Shown here in pieces: positions 19,955 to 29,582 of a stretch of 64,000 bases of DNA; the first letter of the stretch is position 1, and each line of letters begins with the position of its first letter. Under the pieces are notes generated by a model, which saw only the letters and a list, made by a program, of their open reading frames with translations, was not told the origin of the DNA and searched no databases. The translations under genes were made by a program, and so were the position numbers. Source of the stretch: Candidatus Magasanikiibacteriota bacterium. GTDB lineage: Bacteria; Patescibacteriota; Patescibacteriia; Magasanikbacterales; UBA922. The stretch lies in NCBI GenBank assembly GCA_016207245.1, contig JACQQA010000009.1, positions 9,165 to 73,164 on the forward strand. The letters run 5' to 3'.

Positions 19955-21439
19955 ATGAAATGGGAAAAATTCGTCGGGGCCGGCATTCGTTTACCCTACT
20001 ATATGCACTTGTATATGTTAGGTAAATTGATCGACGCTCCGAAGGTCGGCGGGTGGAAACACAGCCCTTGGTTGCTACAGGTTGAAAAACAATTATCAAC
20101 CATATATTTTAATCCTGATGAAATTGAGTTGGCCGCCCAGTGGTTTAAAGATAATATCCACGATGCCAAATTTTTGGAAAACTTTCTAAGCGCTATCCAT
20201 CAAATTGAAAATCGGCTTTTGGTATTTTCCCAGCGGTTGCTTTTCGTCAACTTCAAAAAGGCAAGCGACCAAAAACTAATTGATATTTTAAATTACTTCT
20301 CCCTGTTATTCCGGATAAAATTCGGAGTCTATGGCTTTCCCAAAATTATTGACGCGGCTTTTACCGGTCTGCTCACAGAGATTCTCGCTGTCGTTCCTGC
20401 CAAAAAAGACTACGCATTGCTGGTGGAGAATCTTGAGCTTAGCGAGTACCAAAAAGAGCGGCTTTCGCACTTAAAAATAGTTAAAAAAATTATCGACGAG
20501 AATCTCCGGCCGCTATTTGAAGAAACCTCTCAAGAAATAATAGAAAAGACCGGACGTTTCCACCCGGGACTTTACCACCAATTGGAAAAACACACACAAA
20601 ATTTCGCGTGGCTCACCACCGGCCACCATGTACAGCCAATGAATATTGATCGGACAATTTTATCAATCAAAAATTCTTTGAGAGACAGCGCGGCGCTGGT
20701 TGAATTGGATAATTTATTGGAACGAAATGAAAAAATAATTTCCGCGCACAATCAACTGATTAAAAAATATCAATTCGGCGCGAAAGATTTAAAAATCATT
20801 GAATTCTTGCGCCAAATCAATCATTATAGCGAAACGCGAAAGGCCGGAATGAGCAAGGCGGTTTTATGGTCTTATCCATTGTTTCAAGAAATCGCCGAAC
20901 GTTTAAACACAGATATCGTTTCCTTGCGCCAACTCACGGTCAAACAAATCACCGCGTCGCTCCGCGCTGGCAGTATCAACCCAAAACATCAGACAATAAT
21001 TAAAAAAAGGCTGGAATATTATTTGTGCCTATTGCATCAAAATAAAATTTATGAACTAAACGGCGATGAAGCAAAAAAGTATTTTGAACAGCGGTTCTCA
21101 TCTGTCAACCAAGATATTAAAGAGTTAAAAGGGGTCGTAGCCCATCCTGGCAAAGCTGCTGGCAAAGCCAGATTAATATTAATTGAACATCAGGTGGAAA
21201 AACTGCAAGAAGGAGAAATCTTAATTTCTTCCATGACTGACCCGCAAATGCTGCCGGCCATGAAAAAAGCCGCGGCGATTGTTACTGACGAAGGCGGCAC
21301 CCTCTGCCATGCCGCGATCGTCGCCCGCGAACTGAAAAAACCCTGCCTCATTGCCACAAAAATCGCCACCAAGGTTTTCCATGATGGCGATTTGATTGAG
21401 GTGGACGCGGATGCTGGAGTGGTAAAAAAACTGAGTTAA
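19955..21439 (+). CDS. Protein with C-terminal PEP-utilising mobile (swivel His) domain
   Basis: AIVTDEGGTLCHAAIVARELKKPC. Confidence 0.85.
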   Translation: MKWEKFVGAGIRLPYYMHLYMLGKLIDAPKVGGWKHSPWLLQVEKQLSTIYFNPDEIELAAQWFKDNIHDAKFLENFLSAIHQIENRLLVFSQRLLFVNFKKASDQKLIDILNYFSLLFRIKFGVYGFPKIIDAAFTGLLTEILAVVPAKKDYALLVENLELSEYQKERLSHLKIVKKIIDENLRPLFEETSQEIIEKTGRFHPGLYHQLEKHTQNFAWLTTGHHVQPMNIDRTILSIKNSLRDSAALVELDNLLERNEKIISAHNQLIKKYQFGAKDLKIIEFLRQINHYSETRKAGMSKAVLWSYPLFQEIAERLNTDIVSLRQLTVKQITASLRAGSINPKHQTIIKKRLEYYLCLLHQNKIYELNGDEAKKYFEQRFSSVNQDIKELKGVVAHPGKAAGKARLILIEHQVEKLQEGEILISSMTDPQMLPAMKKAAAIVTDEGGTLCHAAIVARELKKPCLIATKIATKVFHDGDLIEVDADAGVVKKLS

Positions 21440-21513
21440 AAACGCTTCGCTATTATTATTGACACCCGCCAAAAAACACGATATACTCTACTCGTAGAAA
21501 CAATAACAATAAT

Positions 21514-21927
21514 ATGACGATAAACATTAAAAAATTATTTAACTACTGGCTGTCAGACGCAGAGGAAAGCTGGAGCGTGGCGGAGTCCTTAATGGAAAAA
21601 AATAAATACCCTGAAGCGTTATTTTTTGGACATCTGGCGCTAGAAAAAACACTGAAAGCGATAGTTGTCGCCAAACACAATGCTCACGCTCCGCCTATAC
21701 ATAATTTATTAGAATTGTGCAAAAAAACCGATATCGTCCTAGATAATAGACTCGTTGCGGAATTGCGCTTGTTCAGCGGCTTCTACATGGCCGGAAGATA
21801 CGATGAAGAAAAAATGGACTTCCGCAAAAAATGCACGAAAAAATTCAGCGAGGAAAATTTGAAAAAGATAAAAAAGTGTTATCTATGGCTAAAAGACGAA
21901 GCAAAAAAAATCTCCCGCTTGCTGTAA
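21514..21927 (+). CDS. HEPN-domain protein
   Basis: ALFFGHLALEKTLKA...HNLLEL; overlaps the MNT gene. Confidence 0.85.
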   Translation: MTINIKKLFNYWLSDAEESWSVAESLMEKNKYPEALFFGHLALEKTLKAIVVAKHNAHAPPIHNLLELCKKTDIVLDNRLVAELRLFSGFYMAGRYDEEKMDFRKKCTKKFSEENLKKIKKCYLWLKDEAKKISRLL

Positions 21928-22220
21928 GCTCTTACATCTGGGGATACTTGACGATGCTGGAGAAGCAGGGCGTTCCGATCAAAAACGCCTATCTTTTTGG
22001 TTCGTGGGCAAAAGGCGCGCAACACAAAGATAGCGATATTGATCTGGCGATTGTTTCGTCCGCGTTTACTACCTGGTCTAAAAAAACAGAAAAATTAAGC
22101 CGAGCCATGCGAATGGACTTTAGTTTAATTGAATCGCACGGATTCCATCCCAAACAATTTGATCCTGAAATAAATCCCGTAGCGCACGAAATATTAAAAT
22201 ACGGAATAAAAATAATATAG
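21885..22220 (+). CDS. Minimal nucleotidyltransferase (MNT)
   Basis: LFGSWAKG...SDIDLAIVS. Confidence 0.9.
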   Translation: MAKRRSKKNLPLAVSSYIWGYLTMLEKQGVPIKNAYLFGSWAKGAQHKDSDIDLAIVSSAFTTWSKKTEKLSRAMRMDFSLIESHGFHPKQFDPEINPVAHEILKYGIKII

Positions 22221-22302
22221 TATAAAAATACCCCGACAAACTGCCGGGGATATTTTTTTGTTGCCGCTTGCAAATCGTTGGTTGTTAGTTGCTAATTTTT
22301 AA

Positions 22303-22827
22303 TTATTCCACAATTATCGCTCCAAACTCGCTCGGGTTCAGATGATTGTGATACTTCCAATTGCCGACAATATTAAATTGAAATAACCAGCTACTGCCCG
22401 GCTGGATGTTTTGACAGGCATCAAAAGTACTACCGATGCATCCGCCGGTGGTCGGATAGACGGCATGGGTCGGATGCATAGCCGATGCCGGCCACATTGA
22501 TTCCGCGCTTTGATTTTTGAAAATAACCGTTTCTCCTTTTTTAATTTTTAACATCGCCGGCGAAAAACCTGAACCAGTGTAAGTTATTGTTTTTTTCTCA
22601 ACGACTGGAATGACTGTCGCTTCCGCTTCCACCGCCAGTTGGGCGATTGATGGTTGAGCCAACACTTCCACGGCGGACGCTTCAGAAACCGGCGATGATT
22701 CAGCTGTTGCCTGTTGATTTACAGCCGGGACAGCCGATGATGCCGGCTGGCTCTTTTCCCGAAAAATAAAATATCCGCCCAGCGCCACAACGACGATAAC
22801 AGCGGCGGTAATGGCTATTTTGTTCAT
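22303..22827 (-). CDS. Cupredoxin/plastocyanin-like exported protein
   Basis: HPTH and WKYHNHL...GAIIVE. Confidence 0.8.
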   Translation of the reverse strand: MNKIAITAAVIVVVALGGYFIFREKSQPASSAVPAVNQQATAESSPVSEASAVEVLAQPSIAQLAVEAEATVIPVVEKKTITYTGSGFSPAMLKIKKGETVIFKNQSAESMWPASAMHPTHAVYPTTGGCIGSTFDACQNIQPGSSWLFQFNIVGNWKYHNHLNPSEFGAIIVE

Positions 22828-22853
22828 ATGACTATAAATTAAAAATAAAAGAA

Positions 22854-23234
22854 TTATTTTTTAAAAAAACCAATCCGATTAATGATTGATTGCGGCAGAG
22901 AATCAAGAAACAGCGCCAATGTACCGGCCAAAAGCCCGATATCCCGCACGGTTATATCGCTAATACCGCTCACCGTGAGCACAATAATCAGATGAACAGC
23001 GCCAATAAACGCCGCGAGCCAGGTAAAAATATCCACTAACAAAAATACGCCGATGACAATGTCCAAAATTGCCGTGCCGATCATGGCCTGCTCAATTGGA
23101 ACCAGCAAAAGCCTATCCGCCCATGGCTGAATATACCCGCCCCAGGTCTCCGGATTTTTCAAAATCAAAACCCCAATCCACAAAAACGTAATCGCCAATC
23201 CGACTCGTAAAATATGAAAGCTGATTTTTTTCAT
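22854..23234 (-). CDS. DoxX-family membrane protein
   Basis: LRVGLAITFLWIG; RDIGLL. Confidence 0.75.
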   Translation of the reverse strand: MKKISFHILRVGLAITFLWIGVLILKNPETWGGYIQPWADRLLLVPIEQAMIGTAILDIVIGVFLLVDIFTWLAAFIGAVHLIIVLTVSGISDITVRDIGLLAGTLALFLDSLPQSIINRIGFFKK

Positions 23235-23635
23235 ATAGAAATTAAAATTATTACTCCCATCAACCACACGGTAAAAGCTGACATCAAACACCAAAAGCAC
23301 CATGCTTTAATTACTTTCCATTGCAGATAAGTAAAGACTAGCGACAAAAGCGACCCAACCGCGATTGCAAATTTAAAAATAAAATCCCAGAACGCGAGCG
23401 GCGCAACGCCGATTACCAAAAATCCGGAGATAAACAAAGCCGTGAAGTAGAATAGCAAACCCAAAATATCATTATGAATGCCGAAAATTTTGCTGTATTT
23501 GCTCTCTAAAACCAAATTACAACTGCCGCCAATCAAACAAACCGGTTTTTCCGCGGACACTCTTTTGCGAATAAGATAAACCGTTTCGCTGGCGCCAATG
23601 GCAGCCAAAGTGAAAAGCAAAGCGTAAACCGTCAT
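23231..23635 (-). CDS. VKOR-family protein
   Basis: C-x5-C loop, SKYSKIFG, WCFWC. Confidence 0.9.
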   Translation of the reverse strand: MTVYALLFTLAAIGASETVYLIRKRVSAEKPVCLIGGSCNLVLESKYSKIFGIHNDILGLLFYFTALFISGFLVIGVAPLAFWDFIFKFAIAVGSLLSLVFTYLQWKVIKAWCFWCLMSAFTVWLMGVIILISI

Positions 23636-23636
23636 A

Positions 23637-24020
23637 TTATTGAAGCCCGATTGTCCCTCCGCCGCCAAACAGAATGACTATGCTCGCGGCCAACAAAATC
23701 AAATCAAACTCCCAGCCGTTCTTATCCATCGCGCTAAATGGAATATGCCACTTCACGGTCTTCATCCAAATTGCGCCGATCATCACAATTGCCAGAAGAA
23801 ACGCGGCGAGCTGAATGTAGACACCGAATATCAATCCGACTGACGATAAAAACTCCGCCGCGCCGAGGACAAGCACCGCCCCTGCCGGCATCCCCATTCC
23901 CTGCGCCATGCCTTTCGCGTTCTTAAATTTCGGCAGAGCGTGATAAATAAAAATTATCGCCACCACTAAACGGAGAATGAAAAACCCGATGTCGTTGTAT
24001 TGTGTTAATTGCGCGAACAT
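23637..24020 (-). CDS. DoxX-family protein
   Basis: LRLVVAIIFIYHALPKF; GWEFDL. Confidence 0.85.
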   Translation of the reverse strand: MFAQLTQYNDIGFFILRLVVAIIFIYHALPKFKNAKGMAQGMGMPAGAVLVLGAAEFLSSVGLIFGVYIQLAAFLLAIVMIGAIWMKTVKWHIPFSAMDKNGWEFDLILLAASIVILFGGGGTIGLQ

Positions 24021-24121
24021 AGTTTTATGGATTAATTAATAAATTTGAACTACGGCCTTTTAGCCTTTCTTTTTATAGTATACCGGATTAGTCTGACTTG
24101 CGCAATAATTTTTTCAGCTTG

Positions 24122-24898
24122 TCAATGCTTTGAAACGTACTTCTTTCCTTGCTTCCAAAGATACTCAAAATGAGTGCGGTAGCTGGTGGCGATAGCTTTG
24201 TTCCAAATCTGGATAATGACTGTTTCCGCGTCGTAAATTTCAATCGTAGCCAGTTCCGGAGTAATACGCGTCTGGGTCAAACTGGAAAAATCCGGCGGCA
24301 TGATTTTTAAAATAGTATTTTTTTCCCGCGCGAAATTATCTTTAAACTCGGTGGCGGTATTTTCCGGAGAAATCTGCCATTTACTCACTTTCTTGCGCGT
24401 CAGCAACTCAACATAGTTGGGATACCAATCGCCGATAACCCGATAAAAATCTTTCGCCGCCGCGCCGCCGATCACTCGCATCACGTGGTCATAACGGGCG
24501 GCTGATTCAACCACATCCTGCAAGTTGTCAATAAATCCCTCATGTCCATACAAAATTTTGACCTGCAAACGGTCACTTCCTGTCTTCTGCAATTCTTTCA
24601 ACCGAGGTATCAGCGCTTGCGCGACATTTTCCATCTTGCGCACACTGTCTAACAAACCGGAGGGCGCGGAAGCTTGAAAATGCTTGCGTCCTCGCTTGAA
24701 AATAAAGCTAGTTAAATTGCGGGCCAACAAACTTTCTAACGCTTGATAAACTAGCTGGCCATGCAAACCGGTTTTTTTGATAATTGGACCGGTGGTGGTC
24801 AGTCCCAAACCCAGCAGCGCGCCATACACCACCGCCTCGTTGGCCGATAAACCAACGACCTGTAATTGTGACAACAAAGTGGATGAAATTTTAGTCAT
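24122..24898 (-). CDS. TrmB-family transcriptional regulator
   Basis: VGLSANEAVVYGALLGLG wHTH. Confidence 0.85.
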   Translation of the reverse strand: MTKISSTLLSQLQVVGLSANEAVVYGALLGLGLTTTGPIIKKTGLHGQLVYQALESLLARNLTSFIFKRGRKHFQASAPSGLLDSVRKMENVAQALIPRLKELQKTGSDRLQVKILYGHEGFIDNLQDVVESAARYDHVMRVIGGAAAKDFYRVIGDWYPNYVELLTRKKVSKWQISPENTATEFKDNFAREKNTILKIMPPDFSSLTQTRITPELATIEIYDAETVIIQIWNKAIATSYRTHFEYLWKQGKKYVSKH

Positions 24899-25024
24899 AG
24901 ATTAAATTTTAAAGCCCAAAACTATTATACCGCCCCAAAATTACCCTGTCAATAACTATCATCAAAAATTGTTGACAAAATTTAAATGGTGTGCTATACT
25001 ACGGAATAATCCTTAAATGACCAT

Positions 25025-25465
25025 ATGAAAACAGCCAATACGACCACAGTCATCGCGACCGCGCAAAAAATCCAGACGATAGATATTACCCAACAAGTAA
25101 CTTCGGTCGTGTACCACAGTGGAGTTAAAAACGGCTTGGCTTCGGTTTTCTGCCGCCATACTACCGCCGCGGTGATAATCAACGAGTGCGAACCCGGACT
25201 TAGTCAGCATGATATACCAAAAATACTGGAACAGCTTGTTTCCGCCGGCCAATACCGGCATGATAAAACCGCGGCTGGCCACACCATGGTGGGAGAAAGA
25301 GAAAATGGCCGCGCCCATCTTCAATCAATAATTTTATCAACCAACCAAACTGTACCGATAAAAGACGGGGAGTTAGCGTTGGGCAAATGGCAAAATATCA
25401 TTTTTGTGGAGTTAGACGGCCCGCGCCCGCAAAGAGAAATTATGATCCAAATTATTGGGGAATAA
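25025..25465 (+). CDS. yjbQ: YjbQ/UPF0047 family protein
   Basis: HTTAAVIINE, NGRAHL, LGKWQ...ELDGPR. Confidence 0.9.
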   Translation: MKTANTTTVIATAQKIQTIDITQQVTSVVYHSGVKNGLASVFCRHTTAAVIINECEPGLSQHDIPKILEQLVSAGQYRHDKTAAGHTMVGERENGRAHLQSIILSTNQTVPIKDGELALGKWQNIIFVELDGPRPQREIMIQIIGE

Positions 25466-25466
25466 T

Positions 25467-25835
25467 ATGAAACTGATTAAAAAAGAAAATTTAGCTTGGT
25501 TTGACCGCTTCACCTACCGCAAGGCGGTACCATTCATGGAAAAAGATTTTAATCAGCCGGGAACGCAATTTCAAATCGTGTGCTTCCCGTCTCACTCTTC
25601 CATCGGCGAACACTGGCACAAAAAAACCCGTGAATTATTTTTTGTGGAATCAGGACGCGGCACGGCTGTTATTAATGCGGAAAACATAGATCTGACGCCT
25701 GGCGATATATTACTGTGCGAGCCGGGCGACCATCACGCGTTCAGCAACACAAGCAACGAAGACCTGGTACTGTTGGATTTTAAAATCAACGCGCGGGAAG
25801 ATGACATTTTCTGGCAAACCCAATCGATCAATTGA
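25467..25835 (+). CDS. Cupin-domain protein
   Basis: HWH..TRELF; PGDHHAFSN. Confidence 0.85.
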   Translation: MKLIKKENLAWFDRFTYRKAVPFMEKDFNQPGTQFQIVCFPSHSSIGEHWHKKTRELFFVESGRGTAVINAENIDLTPGDILLCEPGDHHAFSNTSNEDLVLLDFKINAREDDIFWQTQSIN

Positions 25836-25888
25836 CTAATTATGATAAAAACAAAATCTAGTACCGGCTAAATTTATCATCCACTGAA

Positions 25889-26158
25889 TTAATTATACGC
25901 TTCCCGCCGATGGCGAACCACCAAAATCACCAAAATTATTATTCGTCCTTTTTCAGCAAGATCAAAAATGACTCGATAGTCGCCAATACGAAAACGATAC
26001 TGCCCGCCGGAGAAATTTGTAAGTTTTTTGGCGTAATACAAGGGATTATTTTGTCGGCAATAAAAATCAACTTTATCCAAAATTCTTTGCGCTGTCATTT
26101 TTTCTATTCTTTGTAAATCTTCGGCGGCTTGTGTCGTGTAATGCGGAAAAAAGTTCAT
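25889..26158 (-). CDS. RelE/StbE family toxin
   Basis: YRFRIGDYRVIF...HRREAY. Confidence 0.9.
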   Translation of the reverse strand: MNFFPHYTTQAAEDLQRIEKMTAQRILDKVDFYCRQNNPLYYAKKLTNFSGGQYRFRIGDYRVIFDLAEKGRIIILVILVVRHRREAYN

Positions 26159-26161
26159 ATT

Positions 26162-26413
26162 TTAATCAATCCCCAGCTGTTTTCTCATTTCTTCCGCCGT
26201 ATAATATCTCCCTTGTTTATAATCCTCGCGCGCTTTGGCAATGTCAGCATATAACTTTTCCAGGGTGGCATTTTTGCCTCTAATCGGCCTGACTTCAAAA
26301 ATCGGTTGATTGCGATTCATGATCAAAAATCGCCAATCATTTCTGATAGATTTACGGTAATAAGAAGCGATGTTTTGGCGGAACTCCCTCACGCCGATAA
26401 GTTTGGTAACCAT
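26162..26413 (-). CDS. Phd/YefM-like antitoxin
   Basis: IGVREFRQN...MNRNQP; immediately upstream of the toxin. Confidence 0.8.
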   Translation of the reverse strand: MVTKLIGVREFRQNIASYYRKSIRNDWRFLIMNRNQPIFEVRPIRGKNATLEKLYADIAKAREDYKQGRYYTAEEMRKQLGID

Positions 26414-26597
26414 AAATTTTTATAATTATGTTAGAGCCTGCCCTGAGCCATAAGCTTGTCGAATGGCCGAAGGGTGTATCTTAAGTGTACACCATATTAA
26501 AATATGTGTCAACAAAACACCCCCGCGTTCGGAGGTGTTTCAATTTCAATTACCACAATCTGCGATCTGTGTTATCTGTGTCGCCAATATCTGTGGT

Positions 26598-28589
26598 TTA
26601 TTTCAACAATCCAACAATCAACAGCGCCACTATGTTCGCCACTTTTATCATCGGATTTACCGCCGGACCGGCAGTGTCTTTGTACGGGTCGCCGACTGTG
26701 TCGCCGGTAACCGCGGCTTGATGCGCGAACGAACCTTTGCCGCCGTAATTTCCGCTTTCAATATATTTCTTCGCGTTGTCCCACGCTCCGCCGCCGGCGG
26801 TCATGGAAATCGCGACAAATAAACCGGTAATAATCGTACCCACCAACAAACCGCCCAAGGCCGCGGCGCCCAAAAATAATCCGACCAAAATCGGCGCGAG
26901 AACCGGAATCAGCGCCGGCAAAACCATTTGTCCGATCGCGCCTTTGGTAACAATATCAACGCATTTCGCGTAATCCGGTTTGCCATGTCCATCCATAATT
27001 CCGGCAATTTCTTTAAACTGCGTCCGCACTTCTTCCACCACTTTGCCGGCGACTTTACCGACCGACTGCATTAAAAGCGAACCGAATAAATACGGTAATA
27101 ACCCGCCGATAAATAATCCGGCCAAAACCAACGGGTCATCAATTTTAAACACTGAAGAAATCCCGCGCTCAACCAATTTATGAGTAAAGTCCGCGAATAA
27201 AACCAGCGCGGCTAAACCGGCGGAAGCAATCGCGTAGCCTTTTGTTACCGCTTTGGTCGTATTGCCAACCGCGTCCAATGGATCGGTGACTGAACGAACT
27301 TCTTCGCCCAACTCCGCCATTTCGGCGATGCCGCCGGCGTTATCCGTAATCGGGCCATACGCGTCAATCGTTACGATTATTCCAGCAAGTGAAAGCATTG
27401 CCATCGCCGCGATCGCCACACCATAAAGTCCGGCCAAGTTAAACGCGGCCAGTACTGCCGCCACAATAAAAATTACCGGCAGCGCCGTCGCTTTCATTGA
27501 TACTGCAAGGCCGGTAATAACATTCGTCCCATGTCCGGTTTCCGACGCTTTGGCAATTGATTTAACCGGCCCGTATTTTGTTGAGGTGTAATATTCGGTT
27601 ATCCAAACCATTAGTCCGGTTAAAATTAAACCGGCTAACGCGCTTCCCAATAATTGTTTAACTGATAATCCCAAATCTCCAGCATAAGCGCGGGAGGCGA
27701 AATAAAAACCGATTAAGGCCAATACCCCCGCGGCCGCCAGTCCTTTGTACAATGCGGCCATAATTTTTTTCTTTTTGCCAAGCTTGATAAAAAATGTGCC
27801 GATGATAGAAGCGATAATTGAAATCCCGCCCAAAATCAATGGAAACATAATCGCTGATTCATTGCCTTTGAAAGTCAGCGCGCCCAGCACCATTGCCGCG
27901 ACCGCTGTCACGGCGTAAGTTTCAAACAAATCCGCGGCCATGCCGGCGCAATCACCCACATTATCGCCGACATTATCGGCAATCACTGCCGGATTTCTCG
28001 GATCGTCTTCAGGAATGCCTTTTTCAACCTTACCAACCAAATCAGCGCCCACATCAGCGGCTTTGGTAAAAATCCCGCCGCCAATTCTGGCAAAAATAGA
28101 GATTAAACTTCCACCGAAGGCTAAACCGATCAAAGAATTGATGTCTTTAAAAATTAAATAAAAACCGCCGACACCCAAAAGCCCCAAACCAACCACCAAC
28201 AAACCGGTAATTGACCCGCCTTTAACCGCCACATCAAGCGCCTGCTTCAGGCCTTTTTTAGCGGCTTCGGTTGTCCTGACATTGGCTTTAACGGAAACGC
28301 GCATGCCCAAATAACCGGCCAAACCGGAAAACGCGGCGCCGATCAAGAACCCTAAACCGGTCTTCCAGCCCAAAAACCACCATAATACCGCAAAAAATAC
28401 CACCGCGACCAGCGCGATTGTGCTAAACTGACGTTTTAAATACGCTTTCGCGCCATCTTCAATCGCCCGCGCGATCGCTTGCATCCTGTCCGTGCCAGCC
28501 GGCAACTTATTGATTAAAAAAATAAGCGTGATTCCGTAAATAATCGCCGCCACTGCCGGTATGAGGACTAAAAGCCATGTTCCTAACAT
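26598..28589 (-). CDS. hppA: Membrane H+-translocating pyrophosphatase (K+-independent type)
   Basis: [26 protein letters not shown] (Lys marks the K+-independent type). Confidence 0.95.
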   Translation of the reverse strand: MLGTWLLVLIPAVAAIIYGITLIFLINKLPAGTDRMQAIARAIEDGAKAYLKRQFSTIALVAVVFFAVLWWFLGWKTGLGFLIGAAFSGLAGYLGMRVSVKANVRTTEAAKKGLKQALDVAVKGGSITGLLVVGLGLLGVGGFYLIFKDINSLIGLAFGGSLISIFARIGGGIFTKAADVGADLVGKVEKGIPEDDPRNPAVIADNVGDNVGDCAGMAADLFETYAVTAVAAMVLGALTFKGNESAIMFPLILGGISIIASIIGTFFIKLGKKKKIMAALYKGLAAAGVLALIGFYFASRAYAGDLGLSVKQLLGSALAGLILTGLMVWITEYYTSTKYGPVKSIAKASETGHGTNVITGLAVSMKATALPVIFIVAAVLAAFNLAGLYGVAIAAMAMLSLAGIIVTIDAYGPITDNAGGIAEMAELGEEVRSVTDPLDAVGNTTKAVTKGYAIASAGLAALVLFADFTHKLVERGISSVFKIDDPLVLAGLFIGGLLPYLFGSLLMQSVGKVAGKVVEEVRTQFKEIAGIMDGHGKPDYAKCVDIVTKGAIGQMVLPALIPVLAPILVGLFLGAAALGGLLVGTIITGLFVAISMTAGGGAWDNAKKYIESGNYGGKGSFAHQAAVTGDTVGDPYKDTAGPAVNPMIKVANIVALLIVGLLK

Positions 28590-28701
28590 AATGTGTGATT
28601 AAGAGTTAATTGATTTAGATGCGGTTAATTATAGGAAAACTGAAGGGAAAAGTCAAGATATGCCGCCTTTTTAAAAATAAACTGACATGTGGATAATGTC
28701 C

Positions 28702-28730
28702 TTGACAAATACAAAATTTTGTAGTATAGT
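28702..28730 (+). promoter_or_regulatory. Sigma70 promoter of the small RNA
   Basis: TTGACA (28702)-17 bp-TATAGT (28725). Confidence 0.75.
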
Positions 28731-28735
28731 GATAG

Positions 28736-28820
28736 TAATCTGATGTGTTGCTTGGACACCACAAGCCGCACCCGAAAACAGAGTATCACAATAAGAGTCT
28801 TTGTAAAAGGACTCTTTTTG
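28736..28820 (+). ncRNA. Putative small RNA antisense to the downstream tRNA
   Basis: Own promoter; two blocks complementary to tRNA 28852-28877 and 28877-28899; ends in hairpin AAGAGTCTTT-GTAA-AAGGACTCTT followed by a T-run. Confidence 0.65.
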
Positions 28821-28829
28821 TTGTATAAT
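28801..28829 (+). promoter_or_regulatory. Sigma70 promoter of the tRNA, overlapping the sRNA terminator
   Basis: TTGTAA-17 bp-TATAAT with TG extension. Confidence 0.65.
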
Positions 28830-28845
28830 TTGGCGCGGACCCGGA

Positions 28846-28916
28846 GGGCCCGTGGTGTAACAGTAACACATCAGATTGATACTCTGACTATACGGGTGCA
28901 ATTCCCGTCGGGTCCA
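28846..28916 (+). tRNA. tRNA with anticodon GAT (Ile) but Ala-type acceptor (G3:U70, A73)
   Basis: Acceptor GGGCCCG/CGGGTCC-A; D-stem GTGT/ACAC; anticodon arm TCAGA-TTGATAC-TCTGA; T-arm ACGGG-TGCAATT-CCCGT. Confidence 0.85.
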
Positions 28917-28918
28917 CA

Positions 28919-28946
28919 AAAATCGTCTCTAAAGAGGCGGTTTTTG
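28919..28946 (+). terminator. Intrinsic terminator after the tRNA
   Basis: AATCGTCTCT-AA-AGAGGCGGTT followed by a T-run. Confidence 0.6.
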
Positions 28947-29072
28947 ATTTAACAATCCATGCGGGTGGCTAGATTGTGTTTTGCAATAATCGGTGCTAAA
29001 CTTATTTTAGGTCAGAACCCAAACCGTATGAGCAAAACAAAAATAATCCCAACCGCCCGCTAACAACATTTT

Positions 29073-29582
29073 ATGCGCTTAATAAAACCCACACTAAAAT
29101 ACAAAACAAGCTTTCAAAGAGGATTGAAAGAGTTTCTTAAAATTGATAAAAGAAATCAAGAAGGCCATGGCAACGAAGGAGATCCGGCGAAAATTGAAGA
29201 ATACATTAAAAAAAGCCGGTGCTACGAAAGAGGCGTAAATTTACCCAAAGGCATTGTCCCGGCCTCCACCTTTTGGCTGATAGATAAAGGTATTTTTATT
29301 GGGCGAGTGGGCATAAGGCACAAATTAAACAAAAAACTGCGCGGCTTCGGTGGTCATATCGGCTACGCCATCCGGCCATCAAAACGCAATCGAGGCTATG
29401 GCAGTAAAATTTTGAGGCTCGCCCTGCAAAAGGCCAAACAATTGGGACTCAAAAAAGCTCTGGTCACTTGTGATGATACCAACATCGCCTCGCAAAAAAT
29501 TATTGAAAAAAACGGCGGCAAATTGCGAAGAAAAAAGAAATGGGAAAAAAAATTAATGCGGTTTTATTGGATTGAGCTTTAA
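29073..29582 (+). CDS. GNAT-family acetyltransferase
   Basis: GHIGYAIRPSKRNRGYG; NIASQKIIEKNGG. Confidence 0.9.
   Translation: MRLIKPTLKYKTSFQRGLKEFLKIDKRNQEGHGNEGDPAKIEEYIKKSRCYERGVNLPKGIVPASTFWLIDKGIFIGRVGIRHKLNKKLRGFGGHIGYAIRPSKRNRGYGSKILRLALQKAKQLGLKKALVTCDDTNIASQKIIEKNGGKLRRKKKWEKKLMRFYWIEL

Noticed and set aside
28737..28790. Functional permuted tRNA gene on the minus strand
   Set aside because: The acceptor stem and the 3' T-stem strand are missing, and the promoter and terminator point to the plus (antisense) strand.
28846..28916. tmRNA tRNA-like domain (has G3:U70)
   Set aside because: It has a full D-stem and anticodon arm in 71 nt, with no tag ORF or pseudoknots.
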